Part shown: positions 26,714-43,400 of the stretch, in pieces
Numbering within the stretch: the stretch's first letter is position 1
How the letters are laid out: the number at the start of each line of letters is the position of its first letter
Source of the DNA: Azolla caroliniana
Lineage: Eukaryota; Plantae; Polypodiophyta
Direction of reading: 5' to 3'
NCBI GenBank assembly: GCA_043228905.1
Contig: JBHGNT010000015.1
Location: forward strand, 3,162,001 to 3,226,000
DNA length: 64,000 bases
Position numbers and translations under genes: made by a program
Notes under the pieces: generated by a model
The model's input: the letters and a program-made list of their open reading frames with translations, nothing else
Told to the model about the DNA's origin: nothing
Database searches by the model: none

Positions 26714-28159
26714 CTGAAGAACATTGATATATCTTTCTTTCTCCTCACACATACCCATAGCCTATTATAGCCACTTCGTTATATCAAGATCTTTAGCCAA
26801 CCTTCCATGAGTTAATAACACTTTTGTTTATTTTATTTGTCCATTTTCATGTGATGATTCATTTTAAGGTGAGTGTTCACCTTTTGTGCATACGTCAAGG
26901 CCACTATTTGGTTCTGAATGATGTGCCAAGATTTTAACTTGATTTCTGAGACACCTAGAAGGAAACGCAGCAACCCTTCAAGGGTTTTCATCTTATTTTT
27001 GTGTTGAAATTTGAATTTACTATTTATTTACAGGCATAAATAGAGGTATATTTGGTGTACCGGTCATCCAGAAAACAGAAATTGAGGAATTAATCCAATT
27101 ATTGGAAATCCAGAATCCTACCAGCAGTCCAATGGAACATTTGGATAAAGTGAGTTTCGTCAGAATCGGTCAGCACATCTTACTGAATTAAGTGTTTAGT
27201 CTGAAGAAAATGAGGTCACTTCCCTAAATATTAAGAATAAACAAATGCTAGTTTTGGTAACAGCAGCAATTATGGTGTTAAATTGAAAATTTAAGAGTTC
27301 TTATGGAGGTATGATGAAGGATCACTGCATGCAACTTCTAATCTAAAACCTGATTTGTATCTGAATAATGGTGATAGATGAAAGGTGAATGGAAACTACT
27401 TTATAGCACAGTCTCCATTTTAGGGTCAAGAAGGACAAAGCTCGGCTTAAGAGACTTCATTACGCTCGGTGACTTCATACAAGTAATAGATGTGGAAAAG
27501 GTAAATCTCATGAGAAGGCTGAAGTGTTTATTTGTATCATTGTTCCATGCCTTTGATATGGAATGGCAGGTTTTCTCTAATAGATTTATATTTGATAAAG
27601 TCAGAGCAGGGCCAAGAATATTGTCGCATTCACTGTAACTGGATTAGGCATGCTGAGTGGTGCCCTTACAATTGATGCATCTTATGTAGTGTCAAGTACA
27701 TCAGTAAGTACTTCAATTGCATCAATTTATATTTAATAGGCATCAATATATACACGAGATAGATAGATTAAGATTCTTCTTGGTGATGTAGCGAGTAGAT
27801 ATCCGTTTCGAAAAATCTAGTATTGTTCCTGACCAGGTAATTACCTTTTCTCATATTCCAATTTCATCCTTTTGCTGTACATGCATTGACACTAATGCTG
27901 CCAACAGCTATTCAAATTGTTTCAAAAGAACTATGACCTGCTCTTGAGTGTCTTCAATCCCCAAGGCTGGCTTGAGATAACGTATCCTTTATAAATCTAT
28001 TCTAATGGAAAAACATTTTCTTTTATGTCAATATAATCCACTTTATTTCTAAGAACTTGACAATCTTTACGCTGAAGATATCTTGATGGTGATACAAGAG
28101 TCGGAAGAGATGAAAAAGGAAACATTTTCCTACTTGAAAGGTTCACCAAGGAGTCTTGA
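23642..28159 (+). CDS. FBN5: Fibrillin-5-like plastid lipid-associated protein (PAP/fibrillin domain, transit peptide); about 263 aa
   Basis: Exons 23642-23894, 27034-27149, 27378-27500, 27605-27703, 27792-27836, 27908-27981, 28078-28159, in phase. Ser-rich N-terminus; [84 protein letters not shown]. Confidence 0.9.
25426..25648 (+). repeat. Direct repeat of about 88 bp in FBN5 intron 1
   Basis: ataccattgcctctttatctaagg...ggtgcttgag.c.gttcttgct at about 25426 and 25559. Confidence 0.85.
27982..28077 (+). other. U12-type (minor spliceosome) GT-AG intron
   Basis: Donor GTATCCTTT matches the U12 consensus. Branch-like ACTTGAC/TCTTTAC lies within about 23 nt of the AAG acceptor, and there is no polypyrimidine tract. 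Confidence 0.8.
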
Positions 28160-29128
28160 CATTTAAGATGTAACATATCATCCTATTTTTAATTGATTCG
28201 ATTCAATTCTTCTAAGAGCGAATTATAGGTCTAGTTTTATGGTGAAAGCTCATTGTTCTTACCATGCAATCATTTGATCATCAAGGGAACACTCCTAATG
28301 TAACCGTTATGTTCATAACTGTACATAAATATTTGGATATAGAGCATTGGAAAGAAAAGCTTTTGGGATTCACTCTAATGCGAAGTTTAAGCTCTAAACT
28401 CTAAATAGAGAGGTGTTTGCTAATTAACAAAATTCAAGGCTTTAAATACACAAATAAAGCATTAAGGGAACCTATTGAAGTTAGTTACAAAGTTACGAAT
28501 AATATGACACTTCATTTAGGATATCGGATAGCAATAATTTATGTTACGTTTATGGTACATTTATGTTGCCTCGAGCTCTGCAATAAAATTGCATTATACG
28601 TCTCGAAAACTAGATCCCAACTTTATTTAAGATGTGATCTAGCCATTCTATCTATGGTAATAGACCAAAGATGAGTTGGCAGTAGTTAGATATCATGGAT
28701 AGCATGGTAAACCTTAGTTAATGGTTAATATTCTTATGTGGTCAAGTTACTTGATGTGTTAAATTTCATCTCATCAGAGCTTTGTTGTTCTTGATCCATC
28801 TTAAGACATTGGATGCCAAGGAAATAGGCAAATCCAAGTTTGAAAGGTAAATTCAAGTAGCTTGATAGATATAGGGGGAAGAGATTAATTTGGCTTGAGA
28901 GTGTAAGACACAAATGCATAATTTAATGGATCTAATCACCTCTCTTGGAGTTTAGCTTAATAGTTCAAAATTAGAAATATATCATTATAATTTGGAAAAA
29001 CCAATGGGTCTAAGTGTGAATAGAGAAAAGGGAAGTACATTAATTTGAAAAATCAGTGTGAGAGGATGCTTATTGTGCCCAATGAAAACTCTTCTACTCT
29101 ATGCAACCCCATGTGGAGATAAAAAAAG

Positions 29129-32735
<3,607 letters not shown>

Positions 32736-33399
32736 CTCTCTCTCTCTAATTGCAAAGAATATTGGTCACCAATTCTACTCTCTCTCTTCTATTTTCCAAG
32801 GTTGTATGATCACCTAGCTATTTTGTGTGCATGATGTTTGTGTTTAATGTTTGTGGTTCAAAGCCGTCATGGCCAAAGCTTTGCTTGGTTTGTATTGGCT
32901 TTTAATTACACCACAATAAAAGTAAAATGGTGATTGCTTGTAATATTGGCAAGTGTATATGTGTAGTAAATGTTACTCCACATTATGGGGAGTCTCATGT
33001 CACTCCTCAAGAGCACTTAACGCTTTCATAAGATTGTCCGAAATTGAGAAAGTGATAAAAAAGAAGTGAAAAATTATTAAGCATTTTACGGATTTACTTG
33101 TGTAATCCGAAATTTTCTAAACTTGCCAAAATATTTAGGTGATTCATGAAAACTTAGGGTTATCCTAATAATAAAGACCCAACAATTGGATAATTCCCTC
33201 AATAATCATCATAAAGTCATTGTGGTCATCGTTGCCATCATCATCATACTTCATGTAATTTGGTCAACATCAACTTCACAAATGCATATATTAAATAACT
33301 TGATGTCTGAATGTTAAAACGTTTAGTCTTGAATATGATTTATGCATAGGCATAATCATAATTTCAAATGTGCAGTTTGTGGAATCTAAATTTGTGAAT

Positions 33400-35340
33400 T
33401 TTGGAAACTCGAGTGGCACTTTGGAAATTATGATAAGCTAGAGTGGCAAAATTCATAGTTTGTCACATAAATGCGTTATACTTCTTTTGATGAAGTATGG
33501 TCAAATGTAAGTGTCAAGTTTAATTTGTGACAACAAAATTATAGTTCTTGTGGCACAGTTGAGAAGTGATGGTAAACCAGAACTAGATTTGGGAATTATG
33601 GTAAATAGGAGACGCATCTTGGGGGTGCTGGTAAGGGGGAGCAACATTCTGTGAACTACAGTAAAAACCCAAACAAAAAATCATGCATGGTAATAGAGAG
33701 TGCCATTTCGCGAATTATGGTAAAACCAACAAACCAAAGTGACACATGCATGGTAAAGGAGTGTGACAAGTTGGCATCACAATAAATTAGACCATGATGA
33801 ATAATGGTTATAGACCAAAGTGACCCCATGGTAAAGAGAGTCACACATTTTGGGAGTGACGGTAAACTAGAACAAAACGTGAACCTATGGTAAAGGGAAT
33901 GGCATTATAGGAATTATGGCAAATCACACTTGATTTGAAGCATGGTGTTATGGTAAGCTAAGATGACAAGAATGTTTTACGATAAGTGAGAGCGGCATCT
34001 TGGGAATTATGGCAAACCAAAGGAGATCGAATTATGGTATAGAAGTAGGTCTTCTGGGAGTGACAGTAAACAAGAGAGGAATGTTGTAATCTTTAGGAAT
34101 CATAGTAAATTGAATGAAGATTCAAGAGAGCGAATTATGTCAAACAACTCGAGGAGTTCTTCGGGTAATTAATGGTAAAAGAGAGTGGCCTCTCTGGTGA
34201 ATTAATGTAAATTTGATGGTAAGTGACAGGTTAGGGATTATGGGCAAAATTGATGACAAGAGTCTAGGAATCAGAGGTGGGCTCCATGCTAGGGAAAGTA
34301 ACAACTCGGAAATCCGAGAAATGTGGAGAAAGGCAAAAAAAGGCGAGGGGCATTTTGAGAAATAAGGCAAAATACAAGGAGGGGCATTTGGGGAAATAAG
34401 GGAAAATACGAAGAGGGCATTTAACAATCGGGTTTGGTTCGAGAGTGTCAAAACCAAGCCGGTTTTAAACCGATCTGTTTAAAATTTTTGAAACTTGAAC
34501 CGAACCGAACCATGAAACCATTTAAACCAAAATAGTTTAAACTGAACTGTTACAAAAAAATCCAAACTGTTTAAACCGCAGTTTTGTGGTTCAGTTTTGG
34601 TTTTCAAGTTAGGTCAACATTCAAATTTTTAATTTTAAAGATTTTTCCTGAAATGTGAGAATTGAACTGTTACAAAAAAAATCTAAACTGTTTAAACCGC
34701 AGTTTTGTGGTTCAGTTCTGGTTTTCAAGTTAGGTCAACATTCAAATTTTAAATTTTAAAGATTTTTTCTGAAATGTGAGAATTAAGCTTGGAAATGAAA
34801 CGGTGGTTTAAAATAATAAAATCAGCTGGCAACCCTAAACCATCCAACCATTTTAACCACAGTTTCAAACCGTTTTAACTAAACCAAACTGTTCAACCCC
34901 AAGCCGAACTGAACCGAAACTGAATTGTTAAAAAAGAGCTTGAATCTAAACCGAACCGAACCGAACTATTCAAACCGTTATGTTGCGGTTTCACGGTTTG
35001 GTTCGGTTCAAACTGAACCATTGCGGATTGTTAGGGGCATTTACTTTTAGGGAAATAAGGAAAAAATACAGGGAGAGGCGTTTCTATTTTGGGGAATAAG
35101 GAAAAATACAGGGAGGGGCATTTAGGGAAATAAGGGAAAATACGGAGAGGGGCATTAGGTGGAAATAATGGAAAATACGTAGAGGGGCATTGGGGGAAAT
35201 AAGGGAAAATACGGAGAGGGGCATTAGGTGGAAATAATGGAAAATACGTAGAGGGGCATTGGGGGAAATAAGGGAAAATACGGAGAGGGGTATTTGGGAG
35301 ATTAAGGGAAAATACATGGAGGGGTATTTCGGGAATTTCA
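33400..35340 (+). repeat. Degenerate minisatellite of about 30-bp units between the divergent CDPK and p24 genes
   Basis: Left part is decayed gagtggcat.ttgggaattatggtaaa units. Right part (34340-34421, 35034-35340) is gaggggcatttggggaaataagggaaaatac units with a recent two-unit (~61-bp) higher-order repeat. Confidence 0.8.
34422..35033. mobile_element. Non-autonomous hAT-type MITE, 612 bp
   Basis: Terminal inverted repeat TAACAATC...GATTGTTA, 8-bp TSD AGGGCATT/GGGGCATT, many subterminal AACCG/CGGTT motifs, and an internal ~121-bp tandem duplication (about 34542-34784). Confidence 0.8.
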
Positions 35341-35512
35341 CAAAATACGGGCCCCTCTCTTCATTTGGGCCACGAGCTCTCCTCTGCTCTGCAGACTCTG
35401 TCTGTTCTTTCTCTGCGTGACAAGCTCCTCCTCTTCCTCCATTCTTCTTCTTCTTCTTCTTCTTCTTCTTCTTCTTCTTCTTCTCCTTTGGAACAGATCG
35501 GAAGGAGCTCCC

Positions 35513-38500
35513 ATGGCGACGAAGAAGAGAGGGGGAAGGACACTGCTCTTTCTTTTCCTTTTCCTCCTCGCCTCTTTCTCTCTCTCTGCCTCCTCCTTGC
35601 GTTTCGACATGGAGGCCATCGATACCAAATGCTTCTCTGAAGAGCTGTCAGCCAAAGGTCTTGTTCTCGCAAACTATCGCATCGTCTCTGAGAATTCCCA
35701 CAATATCTCTGTCAGGGTATGGATTCGTTTCTATCCTTCCTTAAAATGATTCCTTGTTCCCTTTTCATTTCTCCGTTTCAACACTTGTTTCTGCATCAAC
35801 GTTGTTTTCTGTGTGTGGGTCTTTAGGGTTGATAGGATTTAAATTTGAACACATTTTATGATCTTTTTGATCATGTGCGGTGTCAATAGAAGTTCCGCAT
35901 AAACCTTGATTTCTGCATATGGGTCAGGTTTTGTGGATCAAGATATCAAAATTTTGTCTTTGCAATCATGAAATTTCGAACACATTTTATGCTCTTTTTT
36001 TTACCATGTACCACTTCAATTTATGTGTTGTATAAACACTGATTTCTGTATATTGTATCGGTTTTTAGGGTTGAAAGATAAAATCTTCATTTCTGTACAC
36101 AGAATGGTTTTATAGGGTTGAGATGAAATGACCTTCTTAATTTTAAATGCGCTTTGTCTTCTCTTGTCATCGTACGCAATTTCACCGTTCTGTGTAAACC
36201 ATCTATTTCTGTAATTGGGAGGGTGACACATCCTGAATGCATGATAATTTGACGGTTTAGAGATGAAATCTACAGATAGAAAATCTGCATAGAAGTAAAT
36301 ATGATACTCAGGACACTTCTTTTGGATAGACCATATCTCTATGCAAGAGAGTTTTTCTTTGTAGGACAAGGAAGAGAAAAGGCACACTATAATTATATAT
36401 TAAGAATCTCAGACTTGGAAGAGCTATTAAACTTTCTACCACCCAATGAGAATAATGTATTGAATTATATGTTATATTTTTTACCCTAGAGCTGTTGTAT
36501 TTTCTTTTGATCTGATGGTATGATTGCCATTTGCTGCTATTATGTGGAGGAAGGATGGGATCTCAACCTACTATCAGGACAAGGTCCTATCACTAGCCAC
36601 ACCTTCTCAAACCATGCTGAACCTTTCTTTCTTTCTCTTTGTTCTGTTATATGGGTTGTGATGGATGATGCTGATTATGTGGAATCTGCTCTGTCCGACT
36701 ATAGGGCCACACACCAGCCAGCTGATTAAGAATCAGGCAAGGGTGGAAGCTGCCCTGTTTTGATTGTGGCCAGTTAGGCCTTGAGGGTGGCCTGACACTC
36801 AGTTGGCTGGTCCGTAATATAACATGTACTTAACTGCCAAACTTAATTATATACTCCCCCTCCCTCCCCCCCCCTCTTTTCAGGTAGGTTATACATGATG
36901 GCTATATAGTGGGGTGATGAAGGAGAGATCATGCCTCCATCACTTGACCAGTACTTCCATTCCATTTAATTCTTATGCACCTCTTGAATGAGCGTTACAT
37001 TCATATCCATCCAATTATTGTGGTTGATGTCCTATTTGGTGGATTGTTCTCTTAATCTCTGAAATTTGTCTTTTGGTTCCCCTTCTTCATATTTATGCTA
37101 TACTTCTAGTAATTTACATAATCTAGCCTGCTGGACAGCAAATATATTCTCATCCTTATTCATTGCCAATCTCAAGTCGATTAAATTAGATAGTTATGAA
37201 ATTGGCTGACTGGATTTATAGAATGGGCACGCTGGAGATGAAATCACATGATGACTTTGACAGAGAAAATGTAATTGCAGTGCCACAAAAAGCTAAAACT
37301 TCAAGTGATTGTGTCCAATTTTCCCTGATTTGAAACTTGAATTAGATGAAAAATATTGACATAAACTGTTCGGTCTGTTGGAAAGAAAATTTTCAAGTTT
37401 GGACGAACCCAGATTTATCCGAACCTATAAATGGTGTTTCAATGCATTTGAAACAATTGTCCCATAATTTTGTTAGCAGTACTTTCTTTTTTTTCTCTTT
37501 AGATGTCACATTTCATATCTCTAGCAAGCCATGGAAAGACAGTTTTGGGATTGTGTTATATATTGTTTAGGGAACTTTTTGGACAATGATATGGGGATGT
37601 ATTATCTGTTGGTCTTGGGCCATCTAGCAAGCACGAGAGCATTTGGACAATGTTGGACTACTATCTTAATATGTGCAAGCTATATGTCAATTTGTCATGC
37701 AAGATAATGTACTTGTCAGGGGAAAAACTCAACCTAGGGAACATATTGGTTTCATTCAAGAGGATTTTTAAGGGAAGGACCTATTCTGTCATACATCAGG
37801 TTAGGAGGCTTTTATGTGTCTGTGGTTTAGGGTGTATCCCACGCAACCAACGGTCTTGGCATGCAACATAGGAAGTTAGCTGTGCGATCATTCAAGGAGG
37901 GCTCCACAAGCCTGGGCCTGATCAGGGCTAGGTAGTGATGTGATGGCTCTCCCTCCTTACTTCCAAAGGCAGTAGTATTTGGTATCTCTTTGTTAGCTGT
38001 GCAATGTTCAAGTATGTTAAGATCATCTTAGTCCTTAAGTAGTTCATCAAGAAATTTAGATGTGGTTGTCATCATATCATGTTCAGATGTAAGATAAAAC
38101 CTTCAGTTTCTCGAAGATCTTTTAAGCTCTCGTAATGTCTGCAGATTATTCTGCCTGCTTTCTATGTCTGATGGTGTAATTGCTCATAATTGTGGTTGTT
38201 TTTTTTAGGTCACGTCTCCCTATGGGAATGTGATGCATCATCAGGATCGTGTCAGTGAAGGTGGGTTTTCTTTCACAGCCACTGAATTGGGAACTTATCT
38301 TGCATGCTTCTGGATACCAGATGCACCAAGAGGTAGCAAGGTTAGTGTAGAACTTGATTGGCGGACGGGTGTTGCTGCTAAGGACTGGGCTAGCATAGCC
38401 AAGCGTGAGAAAATTGAAGTATGAGGAGTTGACTCAGTAGTAATGCTGATATTTTTCTTGCATTTTCTTTTTATATTTGAGATTTACATATTGTACCTCT

Positions 38501-38902
38501 GTTTTCCAACAACTGTACAGGGTATGGAGCTTGAATTAAGAAAGCTAGAAGACACTGTCCAACTTATACATGAGGAGATGCTTTATTTGCGGACTAGGTA
38601 TCATGTACTAAGAAATTTCAAGCTATATACTTAATATTATTTTTCTTGATGAGGGGCAAAACGGTAGTTAACCTGTGATTTGATGGACAAGGTCTGAACC
38701 ATTAGGCCATTTTGTGCATTCTAACTCATAAAATTACTGTGTATTTTTGCTTTTCAGGGAAGAAGAGATGCGGAGTATTAACGAGTCCACAAACTCCCGT
38801 TTAGCATGGTTTAGTTTTGCATCATTGTTTATATGTTTGCTTGTCGCTGCTCTACAGCTGTGGCATTTGAAAACCTTTTTTGAGAAGAAGAAGTTGATTT
38901 AA
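35513..38902 (+). CDS. Transmembrane emp24/GOLD-domain protein, p24 delta subfamily; about 211 aa
   Basis: Exons 35513-35716, 38209-38418, 38521-38597, 38758-38902. Signal peptide, [70 protein letters not shown] helix, C-terminal FFEKKKLI dilysine motif. Confidence 0.95.
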
Positions 38903-39845
38903 AGTATAAGATAGGTGAACATGTATCAACCAAGATTTATATTTTATTTGAGGAAAATTTTGTTCACACGGAAGAGCCATTATGAGTCAGAAATGTTTTA
39001 ACCTGAGAAAACAGGGATCATTTATGAGTTCAAATATGTACTTTTTTATCAACTCATATTTGGCTCTTTAAAAATATAAGCAGGTAATATTTACCTTTGG
39101 GTCTTCATAACTAGTTATAAACAAGGTCTATATTTCTAAATTCGAGCTCTTCGATTTGCGTTTGTCAATTTATTATGTGTAATGTGGTCTACCCAAGTAG
39201 GATATTAGCTGAATGGCAACCATAAGTGTGAGATCAGTGATAGTCCCTGGTCATTTAGAGCTAAATGGGATTACCGGTGCCTTTGAACCTGTTGAAATCT
39301 ATACAGTGGGATTATAATGTACACATTTTGGAAATCGCTCTCATGTATTTTTGTTTGTAGGCAATCAGTATTTTGATCGCTATTAACATTATATAATCTT
39401 TATTTGTTGTCCCAAGTTTCCGATGCAATTCTATTTACTACTTTAAGCAACAAGGTTGACTGTCAAGATCTTGTGTGTAGGGTAAATGTGATTCTTCCCA
39501 GTTTGGATACACGTCATGATATGCTTATTTATTAGAGTGAACTCCTCACTATATCCAAATTATGACCTTGGTTTATCCCACCTTCAACAATTATATGGTA
39601 GCCTATCCCTTCTTATAAATCATGACAGGTTAACCACATCAGAGTTCAGACCATTGTAATGTTAATTTGGTAACTTACAAGGATGAACGTGGAGTTTGTA
39701 GCCACATACATCTATACCTGCATCAACCCAAAGAAGTTTTATTAGCCATTGTTTGACTACCATAATTGAGCAAATATTACAATTCCTTTTTCTGTGAGAT
39801 AATTTTGTTTGGAAAGATGTCTACAATATATTTAATCTTGTATTA

Positions 39846-40146
39846 TAACTGTTGTGAATTTATAAATATAGCTGTGAAGAAATGTAGTGAAGTAACTGTT
39901 GTGAATTTATTAATATAGCTGTGAAGAAATTTAGTGAAATAACTGTTGTGAATTTATAAATATAGTTGTCAAGAAATGTAGTGAAAATTCGAAGAGATAG
40001 TTGCATAACTATCGAAGCACTATGGATAAGTGACCTCCATATGATAACTGTTGTGAATTTATAAATATAGCTGTGAAGAAATGTAGTGAAAATTCGAAGA
40101 GATAGTTGCATAACTATCGAACCACTATGGATAAGTGACCTCCATA
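39846..40146. repeat. Nested tandem repeat (47-bp core, ~105-bp extended unit)
   Basis: ataactgttgtgaatttataaatatagctgtgaagaaatgtagtgaa occurs four times. The last two copies are extended by aattcgaagagatagttgcataactatcgaa.cactatggataagtgacctccata. Confidence 0.92.
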
Positions 40147-40474
40147 GTTGAAACCATTATCGGTAAATTTGTCTTAGGCTTTATGATTCATCATACAAAC
40201 CATTCATCAAGAAATCTATAGGGATGATTGCAGACTTTGAAATGGCTTATTCTAAACGCTTCGCAATTAACTCTTTCTTAGGCTTTAAAAATTACCATGT
40301 AAAGCATTCGCAAAGAATATACAGAACCCAACAAATGGCATACCCAGGCTGCATTTAATTACACTTGTGCCAAAATATCCATCTTCACTCAACAACCACT
40401 CAAGACTAAACTCAAGACTAAATAAACCTAAAAAAGCTTTATATGTACACTCAGACAAAAATAAATACACAGTT

Positions 40475-43400
40475 TTAAAGAGCCAAAAAGTCGTCTTCTT
40501 GGATATATGCTCGACAAACAGGACACGAGGCTTGTCGTAAAAGCCATTTATCGATGCAAGACATGTGAAATGTGTGATGACATGATGGTAATGTCCTTAC
40601 AGTTTCTCCTTGCAATAGTTCCTGCTAGCAAAAAAAAGACGGAAATGTATCTATTTATCTTGAATACATGGAACCAAAAGTCTTGTAGATTAATATTTCC
40701 TACAAGAACATGAATGAGCAAACGCTGGGAGCACTCCCTCATATATTTCCTACAAAACCCCCAAAAGGTTTCATAGTAAACTAGAATACTGCAATGTAGC
40801 ACAAATAGTCGTATTCTGGTAACACCCAAATACTTGGGGTTTATTTGGTATTTTGCACAATGTTTAATATTTTTTAAAAGACTATTTGTTAAGTACCTGT
40901 AAACAAATTATACAGCATATTGTCCCTCCAAAGGAATCCTTCTCATCTTGGTCAGTAACACAATGAGATGGTAATTTTTCCACACATGCTTTGGAAGCAC
41001 CTTCATATACAATTTCTCCAGCCCCAAACATCCCATATAGCTCATCATAACTCATTTCAGAGATATTTAACTGCTGTAAGCAGAACTGAAGACTTATAAT
41101 ACAATGACGAACAAGTAAATCAAATTATTAGAATGAAAACCTACCATACAAGAAAACAAAAAAAATTGATGCATCAAATGATGTGAACAAAGTTAGATGC
41201 TTCATTGACACATCCATTTCCCTATCATTCACATTGACACTACTATTGCAATTTCATACTTTTAACTTTGTAGAAGGTACATCACTATTTCATTTCTAAT
41301 TTTATGATGTAGCTAGAATTTCAACAGAATTATAAGAATTGATCCAGATTCCAAATGACTTTTAACATCGCCCCCAGCTTATGAACCCAAGAACTCAAGA
41401 GAAGAAATTCAAACCTGCCAACGGTGTGCGTTCAGTATGGTTGGACCAACTTGTTCTTGAACAAATCTTCCATTCAGCAACTCCTCCATGAACTCAGCCT
41501 AGAATGATGAAAACATCAAAATTTAAGAAAAGAAAATATAATGAAAACTGAAATTACACCAAAATAATCCTAGCTTTTTAAATGTTTGGAATATAAAATT
41601 CACTACAAGAGGGGGATTCTGATATATTTTTTGAACTCTAGCAGTAATCTGATCAATTTTGAAAACTTAAGGGTATTCTAATATGTTGCAAAAACTTCCA
41701 AGGGATTAGAGGGGTACAATAAATGTCTAAAAATATTAGGTGTATTTTGATGTTTCACAAAATAAAATCTGACCATTGAGGAAGACAGATGTGATCCCAA
41801 TGGCTGTGAATACCAATAAGCACGAGATGCTTCCAACACTTCAACTGACAGAACAGCACCAGCTACAGCTCCTAAACCAGCACCTCGTACAAGGCCACTT
41901 TCTGTTGCTCTTCCCGCCAATGCTCCAGTCACAGCACCAGTAAATGCACCAACTGTGCACAATGAAGAATACACCAAATCAATTCTTAACTAGTAAATTT
42001 AGAATCAAGCTGTTAACAGAAAGTAAAAGTAGTAACTAATTTATTTTCCATGTTAAGGCTTGCAGCCTTCTGGCACGCCCTGTTTCTGAGCAAAAACATG
42101 CAGCTGTATTCAATCGCATTAATTGTGATGCTTATTAGATAGTACTACAGGATTGGACACAACCTTCTGGTTCCATCCAGTAACCTTACAACTGAGCTAC
42201 ATATTTCCTTCCTAGTGCTGCCTATTATGCCTCTACAAAGAATAATCACAACACTGATTAAAGATGAGAATATTTAGGTGTTCCAAAAGATGGAGAAGTC
42301 ACCTTGCTCAAATACTCCAAGGATCAAATAGATTTTAAAGTTTGAAGTTCTTTCATATATCCCCACACCATTACTGGGGAATTGGTGATGTGTCAGCTTG
42401 CACAGAGGTTTCAATGCTAAGGCAGCCTCCCACTGGCTCTCTTCCTTTGATACTTCAGAGAAGATGTTACAAGAACTTGATTCAGCAGAGTCAGGCTTGA
42501 AATAGGGAATAGAAGATGCCAATGGCTGCATTGAGTATGGGAAATATCTTTCCAAGATGGAATCGATACATGGACTGACCCATTTTGAATGGTCTAGACA
42601 GATTTTCACTTGGCAGTATTATTATTTCCAATCACACTAGTCCCTTACATAGATGTGGTTTAAGAGTCACCTCAACTCATTTGTATACCAGTAAGTCTAT
42701 ATCAACAAATGGGAATGTACATGGAAGATATACGCACACTCCTCGGTAGAGAAGATTTCCAATGGAATCTGACAGTTGACAAAGATTTTGACTGAGAATC
42801 TACATTCATGCTTGTTTCTGTTCTTTGGCAATTGGTTATTTGTGTTAGACTTCATTCTCCACTTCGTTTGTTTGGGCATGCAGAACTAGTAATAGGCTTC
42901 ATTAATGATTTGAAAGTTAGGGAGGATTCTTGTGCAGGAGGTTAAAACGGGATAGGGATAGGGATAGGTGAAGGTTTTTTCAATTGTTGGAGAGGCAGAT
43001 AAAGGGCAAACTCTCATGGTGCTGTTTCATTGATATATCACAGAACCATCCTTTTGGCCGAGCAAATAATGGTCTTCATGCTGCCATTAGTCCAGGCATT
43101 ACTAACCTGTAATGATTCTTACATAGGAACACATTTTCTACACGAACATTTATAGGCATCTAATTTACAGAAAACCTGGCGGGCCTTTATAATCAACTGG
43201 TTTCTGGGCAGTAACTTCTCCCCTCATCATTCACAATTGGGCCAGCCATTCTGGTGGTAACATCTCGAAATTGTGTAGCCATTGAAGTGGAATTACCTCC
43301 TCACATGAAAGCTCAAGCACCATTCAACTCATGGCACTTTATTTTTCCTGCTGGCCAGATAGGGAGATCATGTTGGCATAGTATGCCTCAGAACAACTTG

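Noticed and set aside
35338-35672. Arg/Glu-rich antisense ORFs (also 23480-23880 and 45790-46386)
   Set aside because: They result from (TTC)n and (CT)n tracts in 5'UTRs and from the antisense of real first exons.
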